The notes under the pieces are model-generated. The model saw only the letters and a list, made by a program, of their open reading frames with translations, was not told where the DNA came from and made no database searches. From positions 8,495,794 to 8,559,793 of the forward strand of contig CAVNZM010000010.1 of NCBI GenBank assembly GCA_963693365.1: a stretch of 64,000 nt of DNA, read 5' to 3'. How positions within the stretch are numbered: position 1 is the first letter of the stretch; each line of letters opens with the position of its first letter. A program made the translations under genes and the position numbers. Positions 1 through 29,634 of this stretch are shown in pieces. Origin of the DNA: Amoebidium appalachense. Its lineage: Eukaryota > Protista > Ichthyosporea.

Positions 1-95
1 TCATAACCGCTACCCACTCCCATTTCAATCCCCTCCCCCCCCCCCCCCCCCCCTCCAACCACTTCATAACCACTACCTGCTCCCAGACTAACCCC

Positions 96-126
<31 letters not shown>

Positions 127-130
127 ACAG

Positions 131-890
131 CCTGCACATCTGCCTGACCAACGTGCACACCAAGGAGGGGGTGGCTGAACGATTTTTGAAAGATGTGAAG
201 GAGGAGACGGCCGAAATCATGAAAAACCCTGGGGATAAGGCCTCGGGTACGTGATTCCCAAGGAGGAGACAGAACGGTTGTGGGGTGGTCGTTTACTATT
301 GGAGGTGTAGTGGTGTGCTTGCGGGCATGGGACGCGGGCGCGCGCGCGCGCATGTGTGTATCTGTGTCTGTGTCTATGTCTCACGGTGGTGGAGGTGTTT
401 TTGCTTTTTTTTTTTTTTTTTTTTTTTGGTGGTGGCAGCAGGTGGGGTAGGGGGACTGGGGCTGGGGCTTGTCATTCAATAGAAATTGGCAAGCAATTTT
501 GACAAGGCGTGAGAGAAGATGGATGGTAGAAAGTAGGAAGAAGGGGTGCCTCGTGCCACAGGGTGGGAGAGATGGAAGGGGGTGTGTGTGTGTGTGTGTG
601 TGTGTGTTTTGGGGAGGGGGGGGGGGGGGTACGCTGAGAGAGCTTAAATCATCATTTAGCCCTGGGTGAGGGCCTCTTTTACCTTGTACTTCTTTTCTGA
701 CAATTTCTGATAACACGTGGTTGCAACTGAGACCGAAACGAAGAAGGAACCTAACCAGTTGCACTGTGCTGCAGGCATGGCGGCCATCTACGGCATGGCG
801 GCCACCATCCCCGACAAGAGCATTGTCAGTGACATCACAAACCTGTGGCTCGACACCGTCTACAAGGTCCAGCCAGGGGCAGACACATAA
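131..890 (+). CDS. SGPL1: Sphingosine-1-phosphate lyase, last two exons (131-246, 775-890); gene begins upstream of the window
   Basis: Spliced translation LHICLTNVHTKEGVAERFLKDVKEETAEIMKNPGDKASG-MAAIYGMAATIPDKSIVSDITNLWLDTVYKVQPGADT* matches the S1P lyase C-terminus pattern (H.C.T..H....A..FL.D......IMKNP....G..AIYGMA....D). GT-AG phase-1 intron at 247-774; TAA at 888-890. Confidence 0.9.
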
Positions 891-1667
891 CATTTGTTCT
901 GTGTACACGTGTACTGTAGTTCTCCATATACATAATTATAACAATGATTATGATGTACACAAGACATTCATGCACTCTTGCAGTTTTAGGCTTAATAGTA
1001 GGCCTATATGGATATGGACGTGCATAAGATTGACTGAGGCATTCTATGTAGCTGATGTCGATTTTTTCTGTATGTAGGGGCTTGGCATTTGGATGCGCGT
1101 ATCCTCCTGTAGCAGGAGTTGAAATATATATTATACGTCTGTAGAGAACAAGTCAGGAAACGTGAATGTGAACTTATCCCAGCAAACTGTGCTGGTGTTA
1201 GCTCTAGCGTGGGGTTCAGACAACTTTTTCGTGCCACCCCCACACGAATCTGAAAGCTCTCTCCCCCCCCCCCCCCCCCCCCCCTCTCCCTCCCCTCTTC
1301 TCCGCATGCCCCTTATACGGCCTCCAAAGCAACCCCCCCAGCCCCCCACGCTTCCTTGGTCCTCTAGATTTTTGCATGATGATACTTGCATACCCAACTC
1401 GTGCACGCTGCACAACCACACGGATGCCGGTCAACTTGAATTCAAGGCATCTTCTCAGCAATACCGGCATATGCACACACATGGTGTGGCATGGCATGTG
1501 TACACCATCACGGCACAGAACGAGAAACCGCTCTCAATGGTTATGTTATGATGTTTGTATGGGGCCTGATACACGGTGACAAACCACCAAAAAAAAGGTG
1601 AGAATCGAGCAAGGGCTGAGAGAGGAATTAACATCAGTACACCTCCCCGACCATTGGGCATCCCGAC

Positions 1668-1710
<43 letters not shown>

Positions 1711-2005
1711 TGAAATTAGTGGTTCACCGAGTTTGCAGATCCATGTTGTGAGCTCGAGGTTTCGAGTTCAATGGATCAAAATTTACCATGCCCAATCATC
1801 ATGCATCCGTGCTGACTGCTGATGCATAGTACATACCGCCGGTACAGTAGCGAATCCAGCCGTGAGCTGAGCTCAAAGCAGCTACATTTTATTTGGCCAA
1901 GGCACAGTCTGAGTCGATACGAGTCAGGAATAGAGGACTTCGAAAACAACAACAAAAAAAAAACTTTAAGTTTTGTCGCTTGAAACGAGGGGACTACTGC
2001 GATGT

Positions 2006-2159
2006 CATTGTGACGTCATGGATCTAAATGACCAATTTGGACCAATCACAGCCATTTTCTATCGAGGATTGTCTTTAACGATAGCCATATAAAGGAAAAA
2101 TAGATAAAAATGGCTGTGATTGGTCCAAAATGGTCATTTAGATCCATGACGTCACACTG
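2006..2159. mobile_element. Short foldback/MITE-like inverted repeat (~55-bp arms, ~39-bp spacer)
   Basis: tgtgacgtcatggatctaaatgaccaatttggaccaatcacagccattttctatc (2009-2063) is the near-perfect reverse complement of 2103-2156. Confidence 0.7.
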
Positions 2160-2497
2160 GGTGTGTCGTGGGCACGCTGGGCGGTTGCAGTTTTCGTCGT
2201 AACTAAGACATGAATGATCATTGTATACACCTATTGTGTTTGCCCGCATTAAATTTAGCCGTAGAAAAAGTATAAGAAAATATTATAAAATATCTACTTT
2301 CAAATATTTCGGATGCTTTTCTGTTTGTAATGAAATCCGAATACTTTGTCCTGGTCTTCTCACTGAAGCTCTCAGTCTAGACTCAGACTCAGAATTCCGG
2401 TTCTTGAAAATTGAAATTTTCAAGTTTGACCCCTCCATCAACTAGAAGTGTTGGGGGGACTATTCTACAGATCGGCCGTCACGATCATGAGTGGCAA

Positions 2498-2575
2498 CCA
2501 AGGCCTCCTACAAAAATAGGTGTGCTATTTAGGAGGCCTTGGTGGCAACACAGGTGTGCTATTTAGGAGGCCTTG
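2498..2575. repeat. Small hairpin plus 24-bp direct repeat upstream of the dispanin gene
   Basis: ccaaggcctccta...taggaggccttgg inverted repeat; aggtgtgctatttaggaggccttg occurs twice (from ~2518 and ~2552). Confidence 0.6.
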
Positions 2576-2795
2576 CAACACAGACAACAGACGTCACCCA
2601 CAGTCCCACAAGGGCAAGTCAAGTTCTCGAGTCGACAAATGCTCAGCTGTATGTGTGTTTTCTGATATTGTCCTACTTGCATTCAATAGTACCCACATAC
2701 AACAAAGTACGAATTCTACAGCTAATTTTTTTTTAAACCTCCTTCATTTTCTCTAACTCATCCTACACACACTCTTCTTTTTCCCGTTGACCAAA

Positions 2796-3518
2796 ATGTC
2801 AGCTCTGCGCTACAAGTCCCAACCCGCCGGTATATCCGGTGAAATGCCCCCCGCATACCAACGGTTACATACCGAGGAGCAGCCTCTTCTAGTGACCCAC
2901 ACCGTGCAGATAGACAACCCCACAGAGCTTCCGCGCACCCATCTTTTCAGTTCCGTGCTGTCAAGTCTTCTGTGTTGCTTCCCTCTGGGTCTTATGGCCA
3001 CCTTCTATAGTGTGCGCACGGCAGTGGCAAATAACGAAGGCCGTGTCCGCGCTGCAAGTCGCCACTCTGCGTGTGCACGTACGTGGATGCGGGCAGCCGT
3101 GCTCACAGGCACCGTGCTTTTCCTCGTGTCGATGATAGTCCATGGCCTTATCTTTGGCGTTGTCATGCAAAATGCAAACAACGGCTTCCGTGCTGGGTTC
3201 AAGGAAGGCTTTGCCACTGGGCAGACTAATGCGGAGAATTATTACGACACTCAGGTGAAGGTTGAGCCAAAGCAAAACGTAACCTTCCCTCACCCTGTGC
3301 CAGGTGCTCAGAACTTCTTTGACTTTAGCAAGTCGAACCCCTTGTGGCACTCTGTGAAGAAAGCGTTGAAGACTGGGGACTGGGAGTTGCTTGGCAACGT
3401 ATTTGGCACGGAGGTGGGCAAAGTGGAGGGTTTCCGCTATGTGTTCTGCGCCAAACCTCTTGCGGCTTGCACAGACGACGAGGCACACGTACGCTACCCA
3501 GAGCCTGAAGATAACTAG
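2796..3518 (+). CDS. Intronless CD225/dispanin (IFITM-like) membrane protein, 240 aa, with a ~115-aa C-terminal extension
   Basis: ATG at 2796, TAG at 3516-3518. CD225 signature P..HL..SVLSSLLCCFPLGLMATFYS.......EG....A...S..AR.W followed by a TM helix (AAVLTGTVLFLVSMIVHGLIFGVV). N-terminal PPAYQRL and EEQPLL motifs. Confidence 0.85.
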   Translation: MSALRYKSQPAGISGEMPPAYQRLHTEEQPLLVTHTVQIDNPTELPRTHLFSSVLSSLLCCFPLGLMATFYSVRTAVANNEGRVRAASRHSACARTWMRAAVLTGTVLFLVSMIVHGLIFGVVMQNANNGFRAGFKEGFATGQTNAENYYDTQVKVEPKQNVTFPHPVPGAQNFFDFSKSNPLWHSVKKALKTGDWELLGNVFGTEVGKVEGFRYVFCAKPLAACTDDEAHVRYPEPEDN

Positions 3519-4523
3519 ACGGTAGGAATCCGTAGGTGCGGGTGAAGTTGGATTGTTGCACGACGGAGTGTGGAGGAAGGCTCTGTACAGGTGGATAAGG
3601 AGTGCACACGCCCACTTTGGCTGTTATAGTTAGTGATAATAGGAGTAAGTTGCTGTTAAAATTTAGTTGAATATGGTGGGTTTGTGTTTGTAGTGCTCTG
3701 AGCCCCACGCCAACCTTTTGGGTGTTATAAGGTCCGAGGCCTTCTCGATTATTTTCGCTGTGCCTGCAAAGTTGCAAACGAACTTTCTGTTACTTTTTCT
3801 GTACATTTTCCTGTAAACTACCGTTATGTTGTCTCCGTAAGTTTTTGATTTCAAGTGCTGTGCTTTTCTAAGTTGCTAAGTACGTCCTATTGGCCTAGTG
3901 CCTGTACCTGTTTACAACCTCACTGTATGTTTGATAATAAACTGAATGTTTGCCTCTTCAGATACAGCCTCCAGTAGGGTCGTATGTGTCTACACACCCT
4001 TCCTCCCCATTCACCCCTTCCTGCCACCATCCCCTCCCCACCGTCCCGTGACGTAGTTAACAAGCGTGGCCTGTCCACATGTGCTTGTGTGGATCAGTGG
4101 GTTCGTGTGCTGGGGAGCTTGCAACTGGTGGTATCATATTCATAGGATGCACCCCTTTCCGTCAACACCTCAGATCCCTTCTTCTACTATCCACCCACAT
4201 CAACACTCGTTGTTCTCTCACTTGTACAACTCGACCAGCACTGGGCCACCTTCACGTATATACCGGCAAGAGCGTTTCACAAACCATGGCCATTAGGCCC
4301 TTGACCGTATACGTGTGCAGTACCTCATATTGCCGAACACACGCACACGCAACTTAGTCTACACAGGTTAACAGCTGTGGCTATGTATGCTAGTGCTTCT
4401 TGTTGAACGTGGCTAAGTGGCTGTTGCAAACTTAGCCGGCGCTTGATAGTTGCTAAACGAAGCTGAAGTCAAGGGGAAGGATCATAAATTCGAGACATGT
4501 GCCGGGAAATGATCATAGCATTT

Positions 4524-4616
4524 GTGGTGGTGGTGGTGGTGGTGGTGGTGGTGGTGGTGGTGGTGGTGGTGGTGGTGGTGATGGTGGTGGTGGTGGGGGG
4601 GGGGGGGGGGGGGGGG

Positions 4617-4657
<41 letters not shown>

Positions 4658-4690
4658 GGGGGGGGGAGGGGGGGGAGGGGAGGGGGGGGA
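4524..4690. repeat. (GGT)n tract merging into poly-G
   Basis: About 23 GGT units followed by G runs interrupted by single A. Confidence 0.9.
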
Positions 4691-4799
4691 TAGGGATAAT
4701 CGGATCCCCGAGCAGGTCAGTTAGAAAGAGACGTGTAGAGAGCTTGTTATTAGATTCACAATTTTCATGGTTTAGGCGAGGAGACTGTGGTTGGGGTTG

Positions 4800-5150
4800 T
4801 GAGCAGTTTCCTTGGCTAACATCAGGCCACAATGGGCAGGCCGGGGGAAATGAAGCACCGAGTCACCAGACGCCAGACGGTAGCATCAATCTTGAAAGAG
4901 CTAGCTTCAGATCTTGTCAAAGCAGGCACCAAAACACATGGCTCCCAAGGCTTAATGTACATCCATAACAAAATAAATAGACTTGAGCACAAGCACCATG
5001 GCAAACATTTTGTGTCACGTTGAACAGGCGGCAAAGGCTGGCCTGGTCACAGAAGTTCGCGCAGGATCGGCGCAGGACAAAATGCCTGCCATATATGGTG
5101 CTGGTGGTACGCTCTTCGCCAATCATATTCTTCAGCCAATCAGCACCCAC
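4800..5150 (+). pseudogene. Possible decayed Myb/SANT-like (transposon-associated) ORF remnant
   Basis: Frameshifted pieces WLTSGHN and ASILKELASDLVKAG...IHNKINRLEHK on +, and ADWLKN...VLRRSCANF on -. Together they resemble the WLT..N...EIA..L..AG...I..KI..LE...A.DWL...V.K.CP.Y pattern recalled from fungal/oomycete repeat-associated proteins. Visual match only. Confidence 0.3.
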
Positions 5151-5512
5151 TTGGTCTTGTTGCGCGCCACGACCTCTACGACCAGAATGCAGCCCCAGGA
5201 GGCTGAGGCTCAGCATAGGAACAGAGAGAGGGCCCTACTGTGTGTGTGGGATTGGAACATGTGCACACAACTGCATGTACAGAAAGGAACAAACATAGAA
5301 AAAGAGAGGACAGAGACAAAGTAGAGGTGTTATCATTTACAGGCTGCCTAGCGTGTGCGAAGCAGGGGAGATCCTGGAAAAGCAGCATATTTAGATCCTA
5401 TTTAAATAAATCTTCACAAGATTGCTGTCGAGTATGTGATAAGGAGACAAAAATACTAGCACAACATCATTTGAAAACATTCTATAACGTATAATTTTGG
5501 TAATTTACATAA

Positions 5513-22227
<16,715 letters not shown>

Positions 22228-22399
22228 GTGGGGGGAGGGTTGATTCCTGCCTGTTTTGGCCTGTATTTCATGCCTGCAGATATGTGCGCGCATGTCGTTT
22301 ATTCTCTGATTAGAATTATATGGACGCGAATGATACTGAGTTTCAATATTTACCTATTTTGGTGTTGAGGTCTTGTGTGCGCACACGTGATTGAGTTTG

Positions 22400-22800
22400 G
22401 TGCATTGGTTTATGTATCTGTCGTTTGCCTTAAGTGATATCCAAGTTTGTTCTGAACCTTTTGAATCGATTGTATGGGTGGGTGAGCGCTACTGCACTCA
22501 TGTTTTTAGATGGGCCCCCGTTGAACTCGTACTTTTATCTTTCTCACAATCAATGAGTTATCTCCACCGGCTGATTGCAGACACACGTTGGCTCGATGGT
22601 TTACGCGTGCTAGGAAAATTTAACTCGCTCATGAAGGAATTTCCAATTTTTGTTGGTGAACGTATCAGGTAAAGGTGTCAAATTTGTACGCTTCAAGAGA
22701 ATGGTAATTTTTTGCTGCCAGACTATTTTTTTTGAGGTGGTAGAACCGAAACATGTGTTACATGGGGAATCCAGGCTGGAGTATTGTATTGTAAACTTCA
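22400..22800 (-). pseudogene. Decayed non-LTR retrotransposon (L1/Tx1-like) C-terminal zinc-finger fragment
   Basis: Minus frame IVWQQKITILLKRTNLTPLPDTFTNKNWKFLHERVKFS*HA*TIEPTCVCNQPVEITH* resembles the zf-RVT pattern W...P.....WK.LH.......C.C....E...H, with several stops. Confidence 0.4.
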
Positions 22801-23163
22801 GCGATCAAATTACTGCCAATCCACAGTGTTTTTTGCACATCGCATATAACAGCTATCTAATTTATCTGCTTTGGGGCCCATGCAGGCAAATGTGCACCTT
22901 ACGGGCTTTTAGTGCCGTGGTTGTGGTCGTCTTATAAACATAGTATAACATACTATCGATGTTACTCACGACAGTACAACGAGGCTCTGGCTCATAGCAC
23001 AACCATCGATGTGCAATAAAGTTTACAGGTGACATCCGTACGGTCCATGTCTGTGTTGTTACTGTAGATCATAAGAAAGTATCTCATTGTGAGTTATTTT
23101 GAGCCCCGAAAAGGGGGAGGGGGGAATAGTACCGCTAATTGGATTTCGCCCCTTTTGCTAATC

Positions 23164-23211
<48 letters not shown>

Positions 23212-23313
23212 CCCGCCCGCCCTTTCACTTCCCACTATCCTTCCAAATTCAAGGTAATCAGCGAATATTTTTTTTCCTGTGTGTGTACATATGTGTGTTT
23301 GTGTCTCTGTATA

Positions 23314-23559
<246 letters not shown>

Positions 23560-23750
23560 CGTTCGAATGTGCCAGACTCTGTGCGTGCGTGCGTGCTTGG
23601 GTGTTCGGCATTCTTGAATTTCTAGTTTGTGCACAATGCGTTTGTATTACCGCCCAATCACGGAGACTGTACGTGTGCTCGGAGTGCTTGATGTCTGCTG
23701 GATCTGGTGTTTGTCCAATATTAGCGAGGCCACACAGAGGCCACGCCCTT

Positions 23751-23789
<39 letters not shown>

Positions 23790-25007
23790 CCCCCCGCCCT
23801 TCCCCACTTCCCCCCCCCCCCCCCCCCCACCACCACCACCATATATTCTTCCCATCCAGATATTTCAAGTTTGGCGGACCTACGTTATCGGTGGAGCCCC
23901 ACACTGTCACAGGCTTCGGACAGTTTCACTGAATCACAACTGAACACACGAGTCACGACGCGTCGTGATTCCTTGCGAGGTTTAGCAATACGCAACAGTG
24001 ACCAAACAGCCAATCAAATGCTGCTATGCAAATTGCTGAAGAGCGAAGCAAGCTATCTCAACGGGCACCACAACCACCCCATGATTCTGGGATTCTCCGA
24101 CTACGAGCCTGACTTCTCCCTACACGATACATCTGAAACACAATCATAGTGTCTAGTCACTGCCTCTATCAAAGTTCACAATGCGAGTCAGTTTTCTCCC
24201 ACGTTATCAACAGTAGCGTATATGAAATTAGCAGAGGCCCTACATTCCCGTGCGCTCCGTAGTTGATACAACGCGGTACATCAGGTGACTACGCGCCGCT
24301 TTTCGGTTGGAGGAATACGCAGAAACAAGACATGTACGCTTGCGCATTCTTCACGCGAATAGAGCTGAAATAAATAGTATCCTTATACATATAATTTTCT
24401 ATTGCGTGCTTCGTCAAACAGGCGCTTCTTCACAAGGGACATTGCCCACCCTCACGTTTGGTTTTGGTTGCATATGGGGATGTGTAAAAAGCAATCCTGC
24501 CTGCCTCTGATAGAGATCTGGAGCACGGGATGACTATTGGATCAAAATCACCAGCTGGAGTAGCCCAGAAGATGTTGAGGAACGCTAATTGGAGAATCTC
24601 AAAGTATTTCATACCAGCGCTTGCTCAAACAAAGAATAGATCATGCATCATGAATTCATGATGCATGCCCCCGTATCATTCGTAGAGTATATATGACTCC
24701 CAGACCCTTCTTTTTGATCGATTCGTATGACCCTTTATCATATTTTCATGACTACAATACGATTTTTTGTTTGGTTTCCTCCTTTGATGCGCCATGCTAT
24801 TCTTACTTTAGGTGACGTAGACGGCTGGACGGTTCGTTCAAAAAATCTGTCAACCAATGGTTTGGCCCGTAGTGACTGGTCTTCTGAGACTCTCCTCCGC
24901 GTTTATAAGTCCAGCAACACCACGTAACTCGCCAGAACCAGACGAACCACCCACAAATCCTACTTTTTTTCTTTTTCTTTTTCTTTCTTTTGTTAATCGT
25001 AGTTGAA

Positions 25008-26150
25008 ATGGCGACAATGACAGGACGGCTCTTGGCAGCTGCGGCCTTGGTGCATGGAGTGGCTGCAGCAAGTGTGTCCGAGGTGGGCCGGTCACATCGA
25101 CCTGTAAGCCGGCGAAGTGCTTCAGGTATCAATACACACTCGACATGTGACATGTAAAGAACACTCAAGCCATATGTACAAGTGTTTGGGGCCTTGCTAA
25201 CTAGAAGAAAGGGCCAACCTCACGCACGTGTGGCAGACGTGTCATGAGAGGGATAATAAAGGAACCCCGACCTTTCCTTGAGGCACTTATTTTTTTGCTT
25301 CAACTCCCACAGGTCTTGACTGCATCTACACACACCCCGACCCACCCACAAACAACCCGGCCGTGATGATACCGCTGTACACGGACAGGCCCATCCAGTG
25401 GGACGCAGCAACAGGCGAGTGCCGTGAGCAGTACTATCTGGACGTGGCACGGGGCTGTAGGGCCGTGAAGGCAGTCATCAACCCCATGAATGGGCCCCTG
25501 CCTGACGGCCACAGCAATATTCCGGCCCTGCAGGTGTGCAATACATGTGGTGGTGTTTGGTTGTGGCATGCATGTGCGGGCCACGTGATATTGGATACAC
25601 GCGGAAGACCATATACACCTTTCAAAGTGGCACTGCTTATTATTATCGTTGCAACGGTTAAAAAAAAAATAGACTAATCTGAAAGTTTCGTGCTAAAGTT
25701 TGATTTGTTTGTCAATGTTTCTATTCATCCTATTTTCCTGTCTTGTTTGTGTCTTTGACTTCCACCATTTTTTCATAAATTAATGCCTGGTCCCAATATT
25801 GCTGTTAGCTTTAAAGGCTGTTTTTACTCAGAGGCGGTCTCCACATAAGTTACACGGATTGAGATAGTATGAGAAACACTTTATCATACTTGGTTCTATA
25901 CGCGGCTCCTTGCGTATTGGATGGTCCAGGACTTGTGTGGAGACATGCAACAAAGGAGGAAAGTCTGTAACATAGGCTATTACCGTGACATCAACATGTG
26001 TTGGTCGTTAACCATATACACCTGCAGGCCTGTGTGCGTCTGCTCTCCGACCATGGTGTGCGCATGGTTGGCTACGTCAAGACTAAGCAGTCGGCCCTTA
26101 ACAAGAGGACCGGTGTGTGGACTCCCTTTGACTTCCAGTATGTCATGGCA

Positions 26151-26233
<83 letters not shown>

Positions 26234-28489
26234 CAGAATTGAAGAAAGAAAAAGAGAAAAAAAAAAAAAAGAAAAGAAAGAAAGAAAGAAAAAGAAAAGA
26301 AAAGGGCAAAAAAAAAAAGAGTCAACTTGAAAAACATCCATCGACCCCACATGATGGGCTTCTCTAATATCTCCTCTCTCTCCATTGAATGTTCACCCAT
26401 CCTTCCCCTCCCACACACCCTCCTTGGTCTATAAATTATTTATACCCCCGATCCACCCTCATTTCCCCTCTTTTATGATTCTCGAACTTCTCAAACCCGG
26501 CTCTCTACCTAACCTCATCCCCCCGAGGCTCTTTGACAATTATGTAATGTAATAATATGTAAATCCCTTACCTACCATCCCGAAGTTGCCTTCCTCTCCT
26601 CAAAGTTTAGAGCTTGTTGAACCCACACACCTACCCTCATCTTCCACCAAATTTCACCCAGTTAGAAAATATGAGCCCCGCTAGCCAACCTGAAGTTCTT
26701 ATATCCTCCTTGATCTTTATAGAAATAACCAACCTCTCCACCTGCCCTCATCCCCCCCCCCCCCCCCCCCCCCCCCCCTCCCTTTTTCGTTGTGATTGAA
26801 CTCCCTTCCTGACTTCAAATTTTACATATGTATGGGTTTCGTAAATGGATTATGAAAAGAGAACATGAAATGTGTTAATAGTTAGCCGCTGCAGGCCCCT
26901 AGAGACCATCCACGGTGAGGTCAACCGCTGGGCCAATCAGATGCGAGGGATTGCAACCTTTCAGGGCTATTTCTTTGACGACACCACAAACTACTCCGAC
27001 ACCGTCAACCACAAGTGGGGCAAGGACCACATTGCCTTTTATAGAAATGTATGCCGCCAACCAACCCCCCTCCCCCCCTCTCCCTCCCCCCCTCCCTCAT
27101 CCCCCCCCCCCCCCCCTGCCACCCCATGCCCGGCCTCCCCCCCCCCCCCCTCCCCCCTCTCCGCCCCCTTCTGCCCCCCCAACACACACACACATCTTTT
27201 CCCTTGTCTTGCTCAAACACCCACCCTGTACCCGCTTTCCGTCCAGCTCAACCCCCCCCCCCCCCCCCCCCTTCCCCCCTGTCACAGGAAATTTTTGCAC
27301 CGGGAAATTTTTGCACAGAATCGTCTCCCTAGACTGTATAGAAAGAGGCTACCTAACCAAGCTTGGAATGGTGTTCTGCCTCTGTGATGTTTTTCTGAAT
27401 ACAAAGTTGTCCTGTTCAGATGGTTATGTGTTTCTCTGTATGATTTCAGCTCTATATTGATATCAATATCCAGCCGAAAATTTTCTCCAGCTTGCACTTG
27501 ATCTCCCCCCTCCCCCTGCCCCCCCCCCCCCCCCTCCCCCCCCCCCTCCTCCCCCCCCCCCCCCCCGTTAAGCCATAACGGGGGGTTTAGGGGGACATGA
27601 AGATGACTTTTGTTGGTTGCCCAAAAATTGCTAGAAACAAAACAAACCAGCTATAAGAAAAGTGTTAATCATCTTTAAATGTTTACACTGTAACCAATGA
27701 GCACGAGAACACCCAGTTAAAACCCCATAGACACGATAATTCAATTGTTGCATCAAACTTCAGTGCAAAAATTTCCCGGTGCAAAAATTGACACCCCCCC
27801 CCCTTTTCCCCTTCACATTAGTTAAGCTTACACTTCCCTACATCCCTACCCACCAGTGGGCACCACCGATACGTACAAAGGCTTCATCTATTTTCTTTCT
27901 GCTGTGTCTGCTTTTCTGCTACCTATTCTCCTTGTGTATTGTATTGGATCAACCACGATCCTTACTCTACTTATGTAATTAGAAGAGCCGGTTTCCAGGC
28001 GTGAGGATATTCATCTCAATCCCCCCCCCCCCACACCCACCCCTCTCTCTCTCCGGGGCGCACCTTTTACGGATTCCTCCCGCCCCCACCCCCTCCACCT
28101 CTCACCTGACATATTCTCCTTAGAACATTCCTTGCTCACCCTGTTTTTCATTTGCAGTCCTACTTTGTAGTCCTTCCCCCCATTCTCCCCCCCCCCTCCC
28201 ACCCCCACCCATCCCCACCCTAGCCCCCCTTCTCTCTCCTGTTGTACTGCATTGTGCAAAAGTCTTAAGAGCTCTCAGCCACACACGAACTCACCGAACA
28301 CCCCCCATCCCCCTCCCCACTCCTACAGCTGGTCAACTATGCACGTGATGTTATGCCCCGTGCATTCATAATTCTCAACCCCGGTGTGTTCGTGCACCTG
28401 GATCTGGTCACCCCCTCCGGAGACTTTCCCTACCCTGCCGATGTTTCCATTCCCTTCGAGAACTGGGCCAGCCACTGGGACCCACCAAG

Positions 28490-28542
<53 letters not shown>

Positions 28543-28705
28543 TAAGCCAAACACACAATGAAAACCAATCAGACAGCACACCACACTGTGTAAGCACACA
28601 CCATAAAGCTGGCCCCACTTGCGCCAAAAAGTGCACTTACTCCACCTTTTATGAAGACGATCCCCTTCCCCCCCCCCCCCCCCCCCCCTCGCCCGCCCAC
28701 CGCCC

Positions 28706-28746
<41 letters not shown>

Positions 28747-29039
28747 TCTCACCATTACCATTACACACCACTTACCACCACCAAAAGGAGGATAGTCAGA
28801 TTCACCCAAGACTCCTGGGAACGTTCGGAGCACATGCATGATAGTGGTCCGATAGTGTCGGTTGGTTGGCTGATCATCCAATCACAGGTGGAGACTGCGG
28901 TGTGGAGGCCCAATGGCGCAGCGATGCCGGAACATTTGGCCCTGGGCCCTGGTGTCCGGTAGGTGGCCCCTGATATGAGCACATGCACACACCGAGGCAT
29001 ACACACTTACACGGACACGCGCGCGCGCGCGCGCATGCG

Positions 29040-29077
<38 letters not shown>

Positions 29078-29366
29078 CACACACACACAGGCACACACAC
29101 ACACACACACACACCAACACAAGCAGACACACATGCACACGGATACCACAAAGATGCATGTACACACATGCACATATCCATACTAAAACACATGCACAAG
29201 GGTACATGCGCGCACTTCACTTGAAAAACTCGACTTGGGTCTTGCAGCGGGGAGTTGATCATTCGAATTACAAGTACGAAATCCCCCCTTTGGTTCGGTT
29301 TTGGCGCGAACACAGTTGGCTGGCAAACAGCAGTTGTCCATCCCGTTACAAAATAGCATGCGAAGT

Positions 29367-29400
<34 letters not shown>

Positions 29401-29589
29401 AGTTAAACATGTCTTCAAATCCGCTCACCCAATCGAATCCACTCAAAGATATCCTTTTTTGGCAATTTCTCACCTGCCAACCAATCACTGTGCAGTATGT
29501 GCCCGGCTATGACCACGTGGAGCCCTTCATTGCTGCCGTCAACTCAAAAACCATCACCGTTGCAGCCATGGCTCACACGTACGAACTCA

Positions 29590-29634
<45 letters not shown>

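Noticed and set aside
24642-24667. 26-bp perfect palindrome catgcatcatgaattcatgatgcatg
   Set aside because: Isolated and made of low-complexity catg units; no supporting context.
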